NCBI GenBank assembly: GCA_027923505.1
Contig: BROI01000006.1
Span: forward strand, 248,001 to 312,000
Reading direction: 5' to 3'
From: Mayamaea pseudoterrestris
Lineage: Eukaryota
Length of the DNA stretch: 64,000 nucleotides
The notes below the pieces were generated by a model, which was not told the DNA's origin, did not search any database, and saw only the letters and a program-made list of their open reading frames with translations. Shown here one piece after another: positions 11,359-22,192 of the stretch (within the stretch, counting starts at the first letter, position 1; each line of letters begins with the position of its first letter). A program made the position numbers and the translations under genes.

Positions 11359-13287
11359 ATGGCGCAATGGAAGGAGAAGGCTCTGCCAAATGGCACCTTG
11401 TTACACATTTCCAATACAAATGTTCCGCTCTCCGATGATGTGCAATGTCTTAGTGACTTTCTCAGCTCCGAAGACGAGGCTCGGATTCTACAGGAAATCG
11501 AGGATGAACAGTTCACGTGGGAGGGCTTTGACCAGCGACGACGAGTGCAACGATTTAGCCTCGATGCTAACAATGACAACAATATCAGCGCAATACACAA
11601 TTCCGTGATTCAGCTGCGCTCAAAAATTGAAGATGCGACGACCTTCCAATTTACTCATGCGTTCGTTGAAGAATACGCACCAGAAACATTCTCCGACAGC
11701 TCGAACCAAATTGTGACCACCTTTGAGTCATCATGCCAAGAACTTGACTGCAGCAAATGCTGCGTTGCTCTCATTCCACTACTGCATAGCGCGCAGGCGC
11801 ACTGGAATCGACCAAAGAAGCGTCAGGCCATGTGCTGGACTCTCGAGTCGGCCAACCATCAAACCAATGTCATGCTCAAGCGAGGCTCCGTTTACATTCG
11901 ATCAGGAGACAACCTACACTTTTGGCGGAGCAGAATTGCTGGGATGGGAAACGAAAAAGGTCTTTTCATCAAACTATACTCTTACTCCAGTTGCTCTGAT
12001 GCATTGTACGCAAGTGATGATGCATTTGGCTACGTTCCAAGTCAAGTGCCCCTGCCGATCAAACCAATGCCTCCAATGCAAGAAATTCTGACGATTATCG
12101 TGACGACGTCACCCATTCGAAGCAATCCGTCGTTGGAGCTATTGGAGAAGGTTTTTGAGACATTTTGCTTTGCAGGTGACAGTTTTTGCTTCAAGTGTCG
12201 CAAAATTACTGTTTGTGGTATGTATAATTGTTTAAGTGTGACTTGTAAAGGCGAGATTGTGTATTCACACTTTGCTTTTGCATAACAGACGGCTGCCGTA
12301 CACAAGATGGCTTCAACGATAGCGTAAGCAGGCGCCATCAAAATACAAAGCAAGCCATGCGCAGCGGGATCGTCACGCCCGAGCAAGCCGAAAAATATCA
12401 CCAGTTCAAAGTAAACTTGAAAGACCGTTGCGCAAAGGCACCAGCGGACTCCCCTTTCTATAATACCGTCGTGGAGGAACTTGAGGAGCGACACGGTTTC
12501 GCCTATGCCTTGCGCCATGTTGTGCGATCGATGGTCGACACCGAGTACATATGTGTGATTCAGCACGATCGTACATTCATGCGTTCCACTCCGATCGAGG
12601 AAACCCTTCGGGCCATGTGGAACAATCCTGGTGTCAAGTATGTAGGCTGCTCAATGCGAAGCAACCTTTTCTACAAAGACATTTTCTATTCGAAATACGG
12701 CAGGTCCTACAGTCAGGATTATGCCAACATGACACTGCACCCGACGGAGCTGTTGTTTGACTCGGCATTGTACGGGCCCGAAAGCGAGTCTTGTCAACAG
12801 GCATTGGTCGCCAATCCTCAACTGAAAGACAATCTGCTTGCGCTTGCGGAAAAGTATCGAGAGACCTTTCAATATCTGGATCAGCGAGCTCAAGGCGTGT
12901 GTCATGATAGGGGACAACATCAGATGACTCTGTCACCTACGTTGTTTTGGTACGACAACATTCATCTTGCCTCTACTCAGCACTACAACGAATTCATCTT
13001 CAATTCATCATACAAAATGGTGACGAGAGGAGGTTTTGTGGAGGAAGGGTACGTGGCATCCTTATTGACGAATGGCTGCTTTTTCTATGGTAACTTACGC
13101 GCCTTTTGCCAATCAATTTAGCGTATTTCCTGTTTTGAAGAAGACACTCGATCGGCTAGGTTTGGTTAAAGGCCACGAGAGATTTGGTTGCTACTTACTC
13201 GACGATCATAGTGGCTTCTTCTTTACAGGTCATTTGGATGGTGGAAGTTACATTCAAGAGGAAATGCGCTATGATAACAAAAAGTAA
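11359..13287 (+). CDS. Fusion of a degenerate AlkB-like (2OG-Fe dioxygenase fold) domain and a glycosyltransferase-like domain; 3 exons (11359-12217, 12289-13048, 13122-13287)
   Basis: N-terminal DFLSSEDE..IL..I...W....RRVQRF; C-terminal TIIVTTSP..SNPS, spliced VC-DG and YICVIQHD; GT-AG introns restore the frame. Confidence 0.65.
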
Positions 13288-13314
13288 TATTATACGAAGT
13301 TACTGTTGTTTACG

Positions 13315-16051
13315 TCAAATCGCAGTCTTCAGGTCATCAGAGTATGCGTCCGGTAAAAGAAGAGACGCCGCTTGCGTTAGTGCAGGCACTGCGCCTACAA
13401 AGTGCTGCGATGCACCCGCCGATGTATCGCTGGTGGGCAACCCAGAATCGACTGACTTTTTGTTTCTCTTCACCTCGCCCGACGATTCTTTGCCGTGCAG
13501 TCGCTTCCAGATTCGGCCAAAAAATGCTTTCTGACTGCCAAACTTCATCTTTGACCGTTCTCCATTGTGCGAAACACGAAGTACTTCAAGCAATTCCTTA
13601 GTCTCGACTGGACACTTGCGACATCGCAACATGTGATTATGTAAGACGTTGAGAGTTTTGGACGTATCTGAAAGTGTCTTGATACTGCTAGGAAAGAAGC
13701 GTCCACTTCCAAACCCACCGTAGCAGTGCTTGCAAGCCAAGCCAGGGAAGCCATGAGGGAGACCTTTTCGCTTGCCCAAGCGATCTGCCTCTGTGAACGC
13801 GCAAGGCTGCATTTGGATCAGCAGGTGATACGAAAAGCCAGTCGCATAAGGCTTGTCCTCTGGGAAAACAAGTGGCCCAAAACCTGCCGCTGAAACTACT
13901 GCATTTGAAGCAAGTTGTTCATGCGGAGTGACTCCCTGCCCGTATGTTTCGTGAGTCGCCGTTGACAACGAGGCTGCCGGTTTCGAAATTTGTGCGGAAG
14001 ATGAACCTTGTCGTTCAGCATCATTTACATTCACTGATGCACCTTGAGCAGATGCAGAATAGCTAGCTAACATGGCAATTGAGGACGCAGAAGCGCGTTC
14101 ATTGTGCTCCAACAAACCATCTGATCGAGCCATCATTCCATTCTGTGTTCCATCGCTTCGTTTGTTCAAAGCACTGGGACGATATCGTATCTGGGAAACA
14201 AAGAGTATAAGGCGATGAGCGACGTATTGGAATTGGTGTGCCACTTCTGCTGAAACATAAAAACGTACTCCGTCATGCGTATCGACAAGACCTAAACGTT
14301 GCGCACTTTCTATCCAGTAACGCTTTGACGTGCCACTACGGGCATCGTCCTGCTTTAACATTTCAAATTGTTGCATCACATTTAATGGAATAAGCGGACA
14401 AGTATGCAAGTGCCTCTGTAAAAGGTTCATTGCCGCATTGTAAATGCTACTCAAACTCATTGGATAGTATGTCGACCCACGTTCTCGCCCTTCCTTGATG
14501 TCTTGTCCGTCTCCATGCACCTCCAGATCAGGCTGGCGACAGTAGGGACATCGAATACCGACCTGATCAAGGGCGAGTGACTTGCGCTTGCCCTTGTTTG
14601 GAAGCGCAACGTCGAACCGCGTGGCCGTAAAGACCTCCACACAGTGACGACGAATAAAGCAATGTAGTGGAGTCAGCCAATCCTTGTCAGTCTCCATAGC
14701 CAATGGTATAGGATGCTCCAACTTTTCGTACGGACCAGGAACATGTGTTACTAATCCTGTTACATCGCCTACCGGCGCATCCATGATTTCCTTCGTCTCT
14801 CGTGCTCGCTTCTTGGCATCTGCCTCAGCCTTTTCATTTCGAACCTTTTCTGCCGCAGCAGCAAAGTCTTGACGACAAAGAACCTCGTGAGCATCATACT
14901 CTTCCTTCGAACTAAAGGCTTGTGAGTTGCAGACGGTGCAAATCGACCATTGCTTTTGAGCTGGTGCGGTCACTGTTGGAGGCATGGACAAGTTGTACCC
15001 GCCAAGTCCAAGACTTCCACGAGGAAAAGATCCCAGTCCAAGGCTGTTACGACTAAACGATCCAAGTCCAAGACTCCCAAGGCGATGAGCTTGCAATTGT
15101 GCCGCCAGTGGATTGTTTTGCGTATAGTTGGAAGGCGCACCCATGTTCGCGAATAAAAGTCGACGCTGATCTTCAAGCTGCTGCTGGCGCTGCTCCAATT
15201 CACGCTGCTGTAGAAGAAGCCTCTCATGATGAGCAGCAATCACATTGTTGCTGCCCGAAGTATTTAAGTTTTGCATCGAGTCATTTTGCGTCGACGAGAA
15301 AAGACCTCCGAGCCCAGCTGTAGTCCCAGACATTAGGTTGGAAGACAGACCAGCAAGGCTACTCAGATCACCGATACTCGAAGAGACTCCTCCTCCCAAG
15401 CCGCCCAACACACTATATCGACGTCGCGTAAAATCCATAATTGCTCCCTCGAGCGCTGCCGCGTTGGTGCTATCCATGGAATCGCGGCGATCGAATAGTC
15501 GATCCATCCCAATGTCAAAGCCAATGGACGCTCTCCTTCCCAAAAAATCATCCATGAGCATGCCGCTGCCTCGACGATCCAATGCGTTCAACCCACTCAG
15601 TCCAAAGTTGCTCAATCTGCGTGCCATGGGCATGCTTTCGTAGCCCAAGGCTGCCGCCGAAGGAACGCCAGTGACTGATGCTGCTCCAGCAGCAGCCGCC
15701 GCGCCATCGTTCGCTGATGCTTGCTGCTGCAGCGCCGTAATGCCATACGTGTTGATCAAGCTGCCAAGCTGTTGCTGCTGCTCCTGCTTTTGGAGGTGCT
15801 CGTTCGACATGCTTGAATTGTCTATCGTAGGGCCTCCTCTCGCGTTATTTTGTCCTTGGGCCCAAGTGTTTGGATTTATGCTTTGCAAGCTTCAAGGGGA
15901 ACCTCACGCACGCGCAACGCGTTTCAACTTTCAACCAATCGAAAGGAAACAGTGCGCGCACCTCATCACTACGTAGATCACAGTACGTTTTCTACGTGTT
16001 CGGTGGAAGTTTGTCCGACACGGAACAGCGGGTGTCAAGCTGCGAAGTCAT
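13315..16051 (-). CDS. Large protein with two Cys/His-rich repeated domains (putative Zn-binding regulator); probable introns 14191-14268 and 15890-15995
   Basis: 857-aa ORF; motifs IRCPYC..YYP..RHLHTCP and LACKHC..RFFP..HNHMLRC; Gln-rich N-terminus. A short upstream exon from the ATG at 16051 splices in frame. Confidence 0.7.
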
Positions 16052-16486
16052 TCCTTTGTTCTTCGGAATGCTTATTGTACTGATATCGATAGTGCCTTTT
16101 GAATACAACGAGAAGGTGACCCACATGCGATGACCATGACGCTCAGCCAAGAAGTTTGTCCGAGCTACCCATCATCGCACAATTTATAGTAGTAGTTTCC
16201 TTGCACGCCAGTGGCTTACCAATGTTGTTTCTAGTGTAATCGCGGGTTAATTTTGTGCACATAGACAGAAAGTAATTGTTAAGTGATGCGATCTCGGGTT
16301 TCGATCCATGTGCAATGCAAGCTATGAAATGTTGTTGACTTTTTCAGTAAGTCCCCTTCATATGTCGCAAGCGTCTTGGCTCTCCATTTTATAATCTGTT
16401 ACTGCCGCAACCATACGAGCATACTCGTATGACTAAGCATCAACAACTACGATGAAATTTAGATAGAATTGGCCTTAAGTCGCAGG

Positions 16487-17251
16487 TCAACCTTTCATCA
16501 GACCCATGAATCCAGCACTTCTCGTCCGCTCCGATCTACGCCCGTCAGAGTTGCTTTGATTGTTCGCCGCCTTTGCTTTTGCTTTGAAAAGGCCATCACC
16601 TGCGCCGGTAACTGGAGGAGATAAACCTAGCCTTCGACTTTCCTTCTTTGGTCCTAGGTCACGTTTGACGGTCGATCGCTGCAACGCGCTCAGTTTGTTC
16701 ACAGGCGCATCCGCAGATATAGTTACTCTTGTCACCACATTATCTAATACGTCGTCACTAGTCTGCCCCATACTCTTTGCTCTGGGAGCGGGTCTGCGGC
16801 CTCGTCTTGAAGCCGTCGATGCTTCCAATAGGGACTGAATTTCCTTGTCGGAACTTTTCGATCGCTGCGGTGGACGGATACCACTGCTCGAGCTGCCATG
16901 TAGCGAGCCGGCATTCAACTGGTCAGAGCTTTGACTTTCACGCACCAGCGATGTGTCGACTTGATCCGAGCTTCGGCAGCGACGATGAACTTGAGGACGC
17001 GACGCTGGGATTGTTGGCAGCTCGCAGCTGTTGTTGCCAAACTCGAACTGCTGGAGATTGTCGCTTCGTACTTTGTTCGTGACGATATTTTGGTTGCTTG
17101 TATCGTGCTGCTGCACAGTTGATGTTGCAGGATCGAACCGTGCCCGATGTGTGAGTGCAAGCACTTCGTCGTTGCGCCGCACAGCGATCGAGTGATCAAG
17201 ATCTTCAAAATGCATGCTGCTGACAATGAAAAAGGTATCGAGGCTCGTCAT
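16487..17251 (-). CDS. Hypothetical low-complexity Ser/Arg-rich protein
   Basis: 254-aa ATG-initiated ORF; no recognised domain. Confidence 0.5.
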   Translation of the reverse strand: MTSLDTFFIVSSMHFEDLDHSIAVRRNDEVLALTHRARFDPATSTVQQHDTSNQNIVTNKVRSDNLQQFEFGNNSCELPTIPASRPQVHRRCRSSDQVDTSLVRESQSSDQLNAGSLHGSSSSGIRPPQRSKSSDKEIQSLLEASTASRRGRRPAPRAKSMGQTSDDVLDNVVTRVTISADAPVNKLSALQRSTVKRDLGPKKESRRLGLSPPVTGAGDGLFKAKAKAANNQSNSDGRRSERTRSAGFMGLMKG

Positions 17252-17748
17252 GGATATACTATCGAACCTACTCTGTATTCATATACAGATTTACCTTGCT
17301 CGTTCTGTTGATGAAGGAAGCTGTCGAAGGAAGCAAGCTTGATAGAGAAGCAGGTCAACTCCTGAACGTTCGCTTGTTGTTTGATCGTGTAATGACCGTC
17401 CATAGTGGTTTTCCAGATCAAACCCCGTTGAGCGAAGGCACATATGAGTCATTAGTCATTGTGACCGACTGTGCAGCTTAGCCGTCCTAGTATTGCCCTT
17501 TTCCACCTGGACGACATCCATTCGACAGGGCAAACTCCGCAACCTATGAACCTATCTTAGAGTGTAGCCACTCCAATCGATAAGTTGAACATACAATTAC
17601 AGTTATATGGATTACCAGTTCGAAATTTTGTAGACTGCAGTTGAAGAGCGTTGACATATAATTAGCGCGAGGAACTACCGGTAGACAAGCGGGATCTTTC
17701 ATATAGCAGAGACTATGCTCTATGCTGCTCGCGGCATTGGTCTCTTAA

Positions 17749-18513
17749 CTACTTGACAGCACCGTCATATAGTTGTTTGAGACGCGAGTAGCGTGGCGAT
17801 AGCGTTGGAAACTCTGGATTGGCTTCGGCCGCAGCAGGCACCTCACTCCTTAGTTGTACCTCCCAGACATGGCAGTTTCCGAATTTAAAGTCCAAATTTA
17901 GCATCGACTTGAAGAATTGAGAGTGACCGACGACGGCAACTCGTTCTTCGGGTTGCGCCAGTACAAACTCCTCCCACTGTCGAATCCGCTGGCGATAAGA
18001 TTCAAAATTATTAGGCATCCACTCTGATGGTGTCCGCTCAATCAGCAGAGGAGACTCAATGACTCGTGTGACAGAAACATGTTTCAGCTCCTTTTCCAGT
18101 TCATTTCCTGCCAGACACTGCAAAAGTCCCTTGCAGGTAGCTCGCGCTCGCAGCAGTGGCGAGTGCACGACGAGCTCAATCTGTTTGCCTCGGACAAAAT
18201 CTTCCTTGGCTAGCAAATCGGCGACGCATACAATTTGCTCCTGTCCAACAATGCTAACATTGGAATCAACTTGACTTGCCACATTGAAAAGCTGCAACGC
18301 TTCCGTTACATGTGTTGATGACGGCAGTGTAAAATTCCTCAGTGAAGTGAAAACGGTCTTGAGGCTCTGCGAGCGCTGATTTTCCTCGGATTCGGCGTGA
18401 CGAATGAGATAGAGAGTCTTTGTAATCACTTTACTTTCATTGTCATTCGAGTCGGCCATGGCTGCAAGGAAGAGTGCAAGGCAGGAGAGCAACAGACGAG
18501 AGTAATTCGACAT
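17749..18513 (-). CDS. Histidine phosphatase (phosphoglycerate mutase-like) family protein with signal peptide
   Basis: LYLIRHAES, SPLLRARAT and VAVVGHS motifs; hydrophobic N-terminus. Confidence 0.85.
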   Translation of the reverse strand: MSNYSRLLLSCLALFLAAMADSNDNESKVITKTLYLIRHAESEENQRSQSLKTVFTSLRNFTLPSSTHVTEALQLFNVASQVDSNVSIVGQEQIVCVADLLAKEDFVRGKQIELVVHSPLLRARATCKGLLQCLAGNELEKELKHVSVTRVIESPLLIERTPSEWMPNNFESYRQRIRQWEEFVLAQPEERVAVVGHSQFFKSMLNLDFKFGNCHVWEVQLRSEVPAAAEANPEFPTLSPRYSRLKQLYDGAVK

Positions 18514-18732
18514 TCTTTTTGTAATGACAAAACGACAAAACGGAGACGATGCGTTTCGTCGGCGACAATCTGCTGATGACGTGATTCGCGACGGACCGGT
18601 ACTAAACGTCTACCGCATGTTTTTGCTGTTTGGCACCATGAAAGCAGTTTGCTTTTCGATCATCGCACTATCAGCCATTCTCGGATAAAAGACCAAGAAG
18701 CTGGAGTCAAGAAGAAGTAAAAAGCCTCTAGT

Positions 18733-19461
18733 ATGTTTTCATTGATTTCGGGCGTATCCCGACGAGCGCCAAGCAGTGCTTATGCAGCGTTCATCGGCAG
18801 GATTTCTGCCGCGCTTCCAGCCACTTCTCTACTTTACAATCCAGCTACTTCTAGTACAAACATGCTTGAACAAAAGCGATTTCGATGGACCAAGGCAAAG
18901 AAGAAGCGTTATGCTCGCTACGACCGTCGTCAGCAGCTGCTCCAGCAAGGCAAGCCCTTGACGAAGCCACCCTACTACTTTCCAAAGGACACGCCCGTGG
19001 AAAACGCTGACGATAAGCAACATCGCATACTCGTTGCTCGAGAGCAAGATGAGGAGTATTCCAAACAAATTGCTGCCAAATTTGCTGAACAACAGAGTCG
19101 GCCGCCAGTTTTGAGGCACCACATGATGGGCATTTTCATGAGTGACCGCGTCAAAAAGCTCTTTGATTTACAGAATGGTAATCAGAAGGAGGTTGTGCAA
19201 GCGCAGAAACAGCTTGGAATGGAGTTGTTTCAGTTGCGGCCGGGAGACACTGGGTCCTCGGCTGTGCAGGTTGTTGCCTTGACGACGAGAATTCAGCAAG
19301 TCCAGACTCATTTAACCAAGCACAAGAAGGACAAGCACTCGAAGCGAGGACTTGATGCACTTTACGTTCGACGCCGAAAACTTTTGGACTACATGGAGCG
19401 CAAGGACTTTACGTCGTATCGTCAAGTGGTCAAGACGCTCGGTCTTACGCGTAAAGCTTAG
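18733..19461 (+). CDS. MRPS15: Mitochondrial ribosomal protein uS15
   Basis: GDTGSSAVQVVALTTRI..H...HKKDKHSKRGL...RRRKLLDY S15 signature after a long presequence/extension. Confidence 0.92.
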   Translation: MFSLISGVSRRAPSSAYAAFIGRISAALPATSLLYNPATSSTNMLEQKRFRWTKAKKKRYARYDRRQQLLQQGKPLTKPPYYFPKDTPVENADDKQHRILVAREQDEEYSKQIAAKFAEQQSRPPVLRHHMMGIFMSDRVKKLFDLQNGNQKEVVQAQKQLGMELFQLRPGDTGSSAVQVVALTTRIQQVQTHLTKHKKDKHSKRGLDALYVRRRKLLDYMERKDFTSYRQVVKTLGLTRKA

Positions 19462-19583
19462 CTACATTCGGTTTAATTGCACGTTTCGCGTTGCATGTAC
19501 CATATACTACTTTACAGAAACTGCGTACTTTCAAAAAGCGCGTAAATCAAATGCATTAACCAAAGTCTAAGTTTACATGTGAA

Positions 19584-21512
19584 TTACATGCTTCGACTTA
19601 ACTGCGATATAGCCTCCTCCTTCACCAAGGTACTCCGCCTCTCAATCTTTAACGCTTCCGACGCTTGCACACTGTCCAAACCAACCATGCGATTGTATCG
19701 CTGGCGAAAGTCAGGCTTTTCAACAAGCGAGCGTAAGGCAAAGTAGTACTTGGCATAGCAACTGCTCGATATGTACAAATCCCATTTGATCATGCGCAGA
19801 AACAATATTTCCAAGCGGTTGATCGAGTCCAAAGAATACTGAGGATAGACGCTAGCAAATTCAATGTTCCATGAGGACAAGTCCTGCCAGACTTTGGATG
19901 CCAACAGCAGTCCACACATGAAGATAGGACGCCATGTACTCGCCAGCAGTGGTACCTTGGATGCCTCCATTAACCGTTCGACGTAAATTAAACATACGAT
20001 GGAACATTCCGACGAAAGCTGCACCGAGTTGAAGAGCTGATGGGCAAACTCGTAAATTTCATTTTCGGATGGAATTTCAAAGTTATGCCGCATTTGTTTG
20101 AGACCATACACCATTCCACCGCGCGCCATGGGCACTCTGACCATGGTGCACTTGTATTTTGACGAAACGAATCGCTCCTCCGAAAAAACGTTTCTCATTT
20201 CCTCGTCAAACAAAGTATCCGTCCCACTCTGAGCCGTAATATTCTCAAATCGCTGCTCAATCTTGACAATGTGTTGGCGCAATATCATGGCAACACGTCG
20301 CAGTGCGTCGCGAAAGTTGGGTCGCTGCAGCGTCCCCAGACTCGTCGACAGGGTTTGCGTTCGCATTTCGGCAGGTTTGTACTTGATCTCCTTCTTGCCC
20401 ATGCGAGGCGTGTAAGCATCCGATGATGGACGAAACATTTCCAACGGACCCTTTTTCTTCTTTTTGCTGCGCGTCCGCTTGCCAGGAGTTTGCTCAGCAA
20501 TGGTAACATGCTTGTCGTTTCTCGTCTTGGCGTCTGTGGGGTCGACAGCGCCGTTTTCGTCATGCTGCTTGCTCTTTTTCAAATTGGACGGTTTCTTTCG
20601 TGACGCATCGCTAGTATTGCCATGTGGTATTCCAGACGGAGCCGATTCTTTATCTTCCGTCGCAGCAACGTTCATGTTGGACGTAGAGGATCCACGAGCT
20701 AATCTCGTTCTGGCATTCGTAGTGGCCGACGTTTTTACTTTTGGCGTTTTGTTCCAACTATCAAAACCATTGTTGCGCTGCTTCATGACATTCATGGGTT
20801 TCAGTAGTGTGTTGGAAGGGAATTCGTATTTGCTTGTCGTTGCTGCCTGCTCTTGGTTCCAGCGCGTCAACGAGTTTGTCGTTGGATCTTCGAGCGAACC
20901 AATGGCGCTGTACAATTGCGGCTGCTGCTGCATCAACGCGGATCCATCGGTAGATACGCTGGTCGGTGATTGCGTCAAGGCTGACGCTGGTAGCGAAAGA
21001 ATAGTCGGGGTATTCTTCAGATCCAATGCACCAATGTTTGTGGGAGGCGTAGCAATGTCGCTCATCGGACTCGGCTGCACGGACGTTTGACATGGCGATC
21101 GGTCGTCACAAAAGTATTCAGACTGATTCCACTCGGCTCCACCGCCTTTTTGAACTTGATGGCGACGACTGCTACCATTCCCAACTTGTGATTCGTGTGA
21201 TGAGAACCCGTCGGATGGAGTAGTTGCCGCGTTTGTTCCTTCTTCATTTTGCGATGCAAAATTGTTGTAATCTGACTTGGAGCTGTCAGCCCTTATCAAG
21301 TTGGGAATGTCAACCTCGCTCGCACCGGGCTTGGTCATGGCACTGCTGCTGCTGCAAAATTTGTATTCACCGCAATACTTGCTCTCCTCCTGCTCCTGTT
21401 TGGTTGAAGTCGTAAAGTGGAGGACGGACCGAATGGACGTTTCGGGCTCTCCGCAAAGCTTGTCGACCTTGTCGTTTAGTTTGTATTGATAGCGTTGTAA
21501 CAAATGTTCCAT
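19584..21512 (-). CDS. Cyclin Y-like protein
   Basis: C-terminal cyclin box: QLSSECSIVCLIYVERL, WRPIFMCGLLLASKVWQD, INRLEILFL and SSCYAKYYFALR. Confidence 0.9.
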   Translation of the reverse strand: MEHLLQRYQYKLNDKVDKLCGEPETSIRSVLHFTTSTKQEQEESKYCGEYKFCSSSSAMTKPGASEVDIPNLIRADSSKSDYNNFASQNEEGTNAATTPSDGFSSHESQVGNGSSRRHQVQKGGGAEWNQSEYFCDDRSPCQTSVQPSPMSDIATPPTNIGALDLKNTPTILSLPASALTQSPTSVSTDGSALMQQQPQLYSAIGSLEDPTTNSLTRWNQEQAATTSKYEFPSNTLLKPMNVMKQRNNGFDSWNKTPKVKTSATTNARTRLARGSSTSNMNVAATEDKESAPSGIPHGNTSDASRKKPSNLKKSKQHDENGAVDPTDAKTRNDKHVTIAEQTPGKRTRSKKKKKGPLEMFRPSSDAYTPRMGKKEIKYKPAEMRTQTLSTSLGTLQRPNFRDALRRVAMILRQHIVKIEQRFENITAQSGTDTLFDEEMRNVFSEERFVSSKYKCTMVRVPMARGGMVYGLKQMRHNFEIPSENEIYEFAHQLFNSVQLSSECSIVCLIYVERLMEASKVPLLASTWRPIFMCGLLLASKVWQDLSSWNIEFASVYPQYSLDSINRLEILFLRMIKWDLYISSSCYAKYYFALRSLVEKPDFRQRYNRMVGLDSVQASEALKIERRSTLVKEEAISQLSRSM

Positions 21513-21874
21513 TAGTGAAATATCAAGATGTCAAAGCGTGACAAGTTAAAGGAGGTGCGGCGCGGCAGAGATGGAGGCTCTTCTAGCGTTGCTCCCTAAT
21601 CTTTCCTGCGTATTGGATCTTTTTAGTTGTCGCCTCACAATTAGATTGGCAGCATCCTTCAAGATTCGTTTCAACGTTTTAAATCACAGGCTCTCGTTAA
21701 ATGTGTGCAAGTGCATCGGAGACCATGAGAGAGGTCGTTCGAAGAACGGGGCACGAGTGACGAGACCGAAGCATGGCGACGAAACCGCACCGAGTTAGAT
21801 GCATGACGAAAACAGCTTGACATATGAACCGAACTCGAAATGATTCGGAGAAGCAGATCTGGAGTCAAATTTGT

Positions 21875-22073
21875 GACGTAATTGACACTGGCACTCGTTT
21901 CGTACTCATGCCTTTTGAAGTGATTGACACTGGCACTCGTTTCATAGTATTGCCTTAAGACGTAATTGACACTGGCACTCGTTTCATACTATTGCCTTAC
22001 AACGTAATTGACACTGGCACTTGTTTCATACTATTGCCTTATGACGTAGTTTTCACTGACACTCGTTTCATTA
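21875..22073. repeat. 42-bp tandem minisatellite, ~4.7 copies
   Basis: Unit GACGTAATTGACACTGGCACTCGTTTCATACTATTGCCTTAN begins at 21875, 21917, 21959, 22001 and 22043. Confidence 0.95.
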
Positions 22074-22192
22074 CGACTCTCGTTGCGACATTACAGGGAT
22101 GCATGTCGCTCGAGGCAAATAAGCCTTCGCTCATTACTTGCGAGTGCAAGGACGAGAGACGACCAAGCTCCTAAGTCATTCATCATACAATC

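Noticed and set aside
21875..22073. Mini-CRISPR, or the 60-aa ORF 21992-22174
   Set aside because: Contiguous 42-bp units without spacers; the ORF has a TTG start and is a by-product of the repeat.
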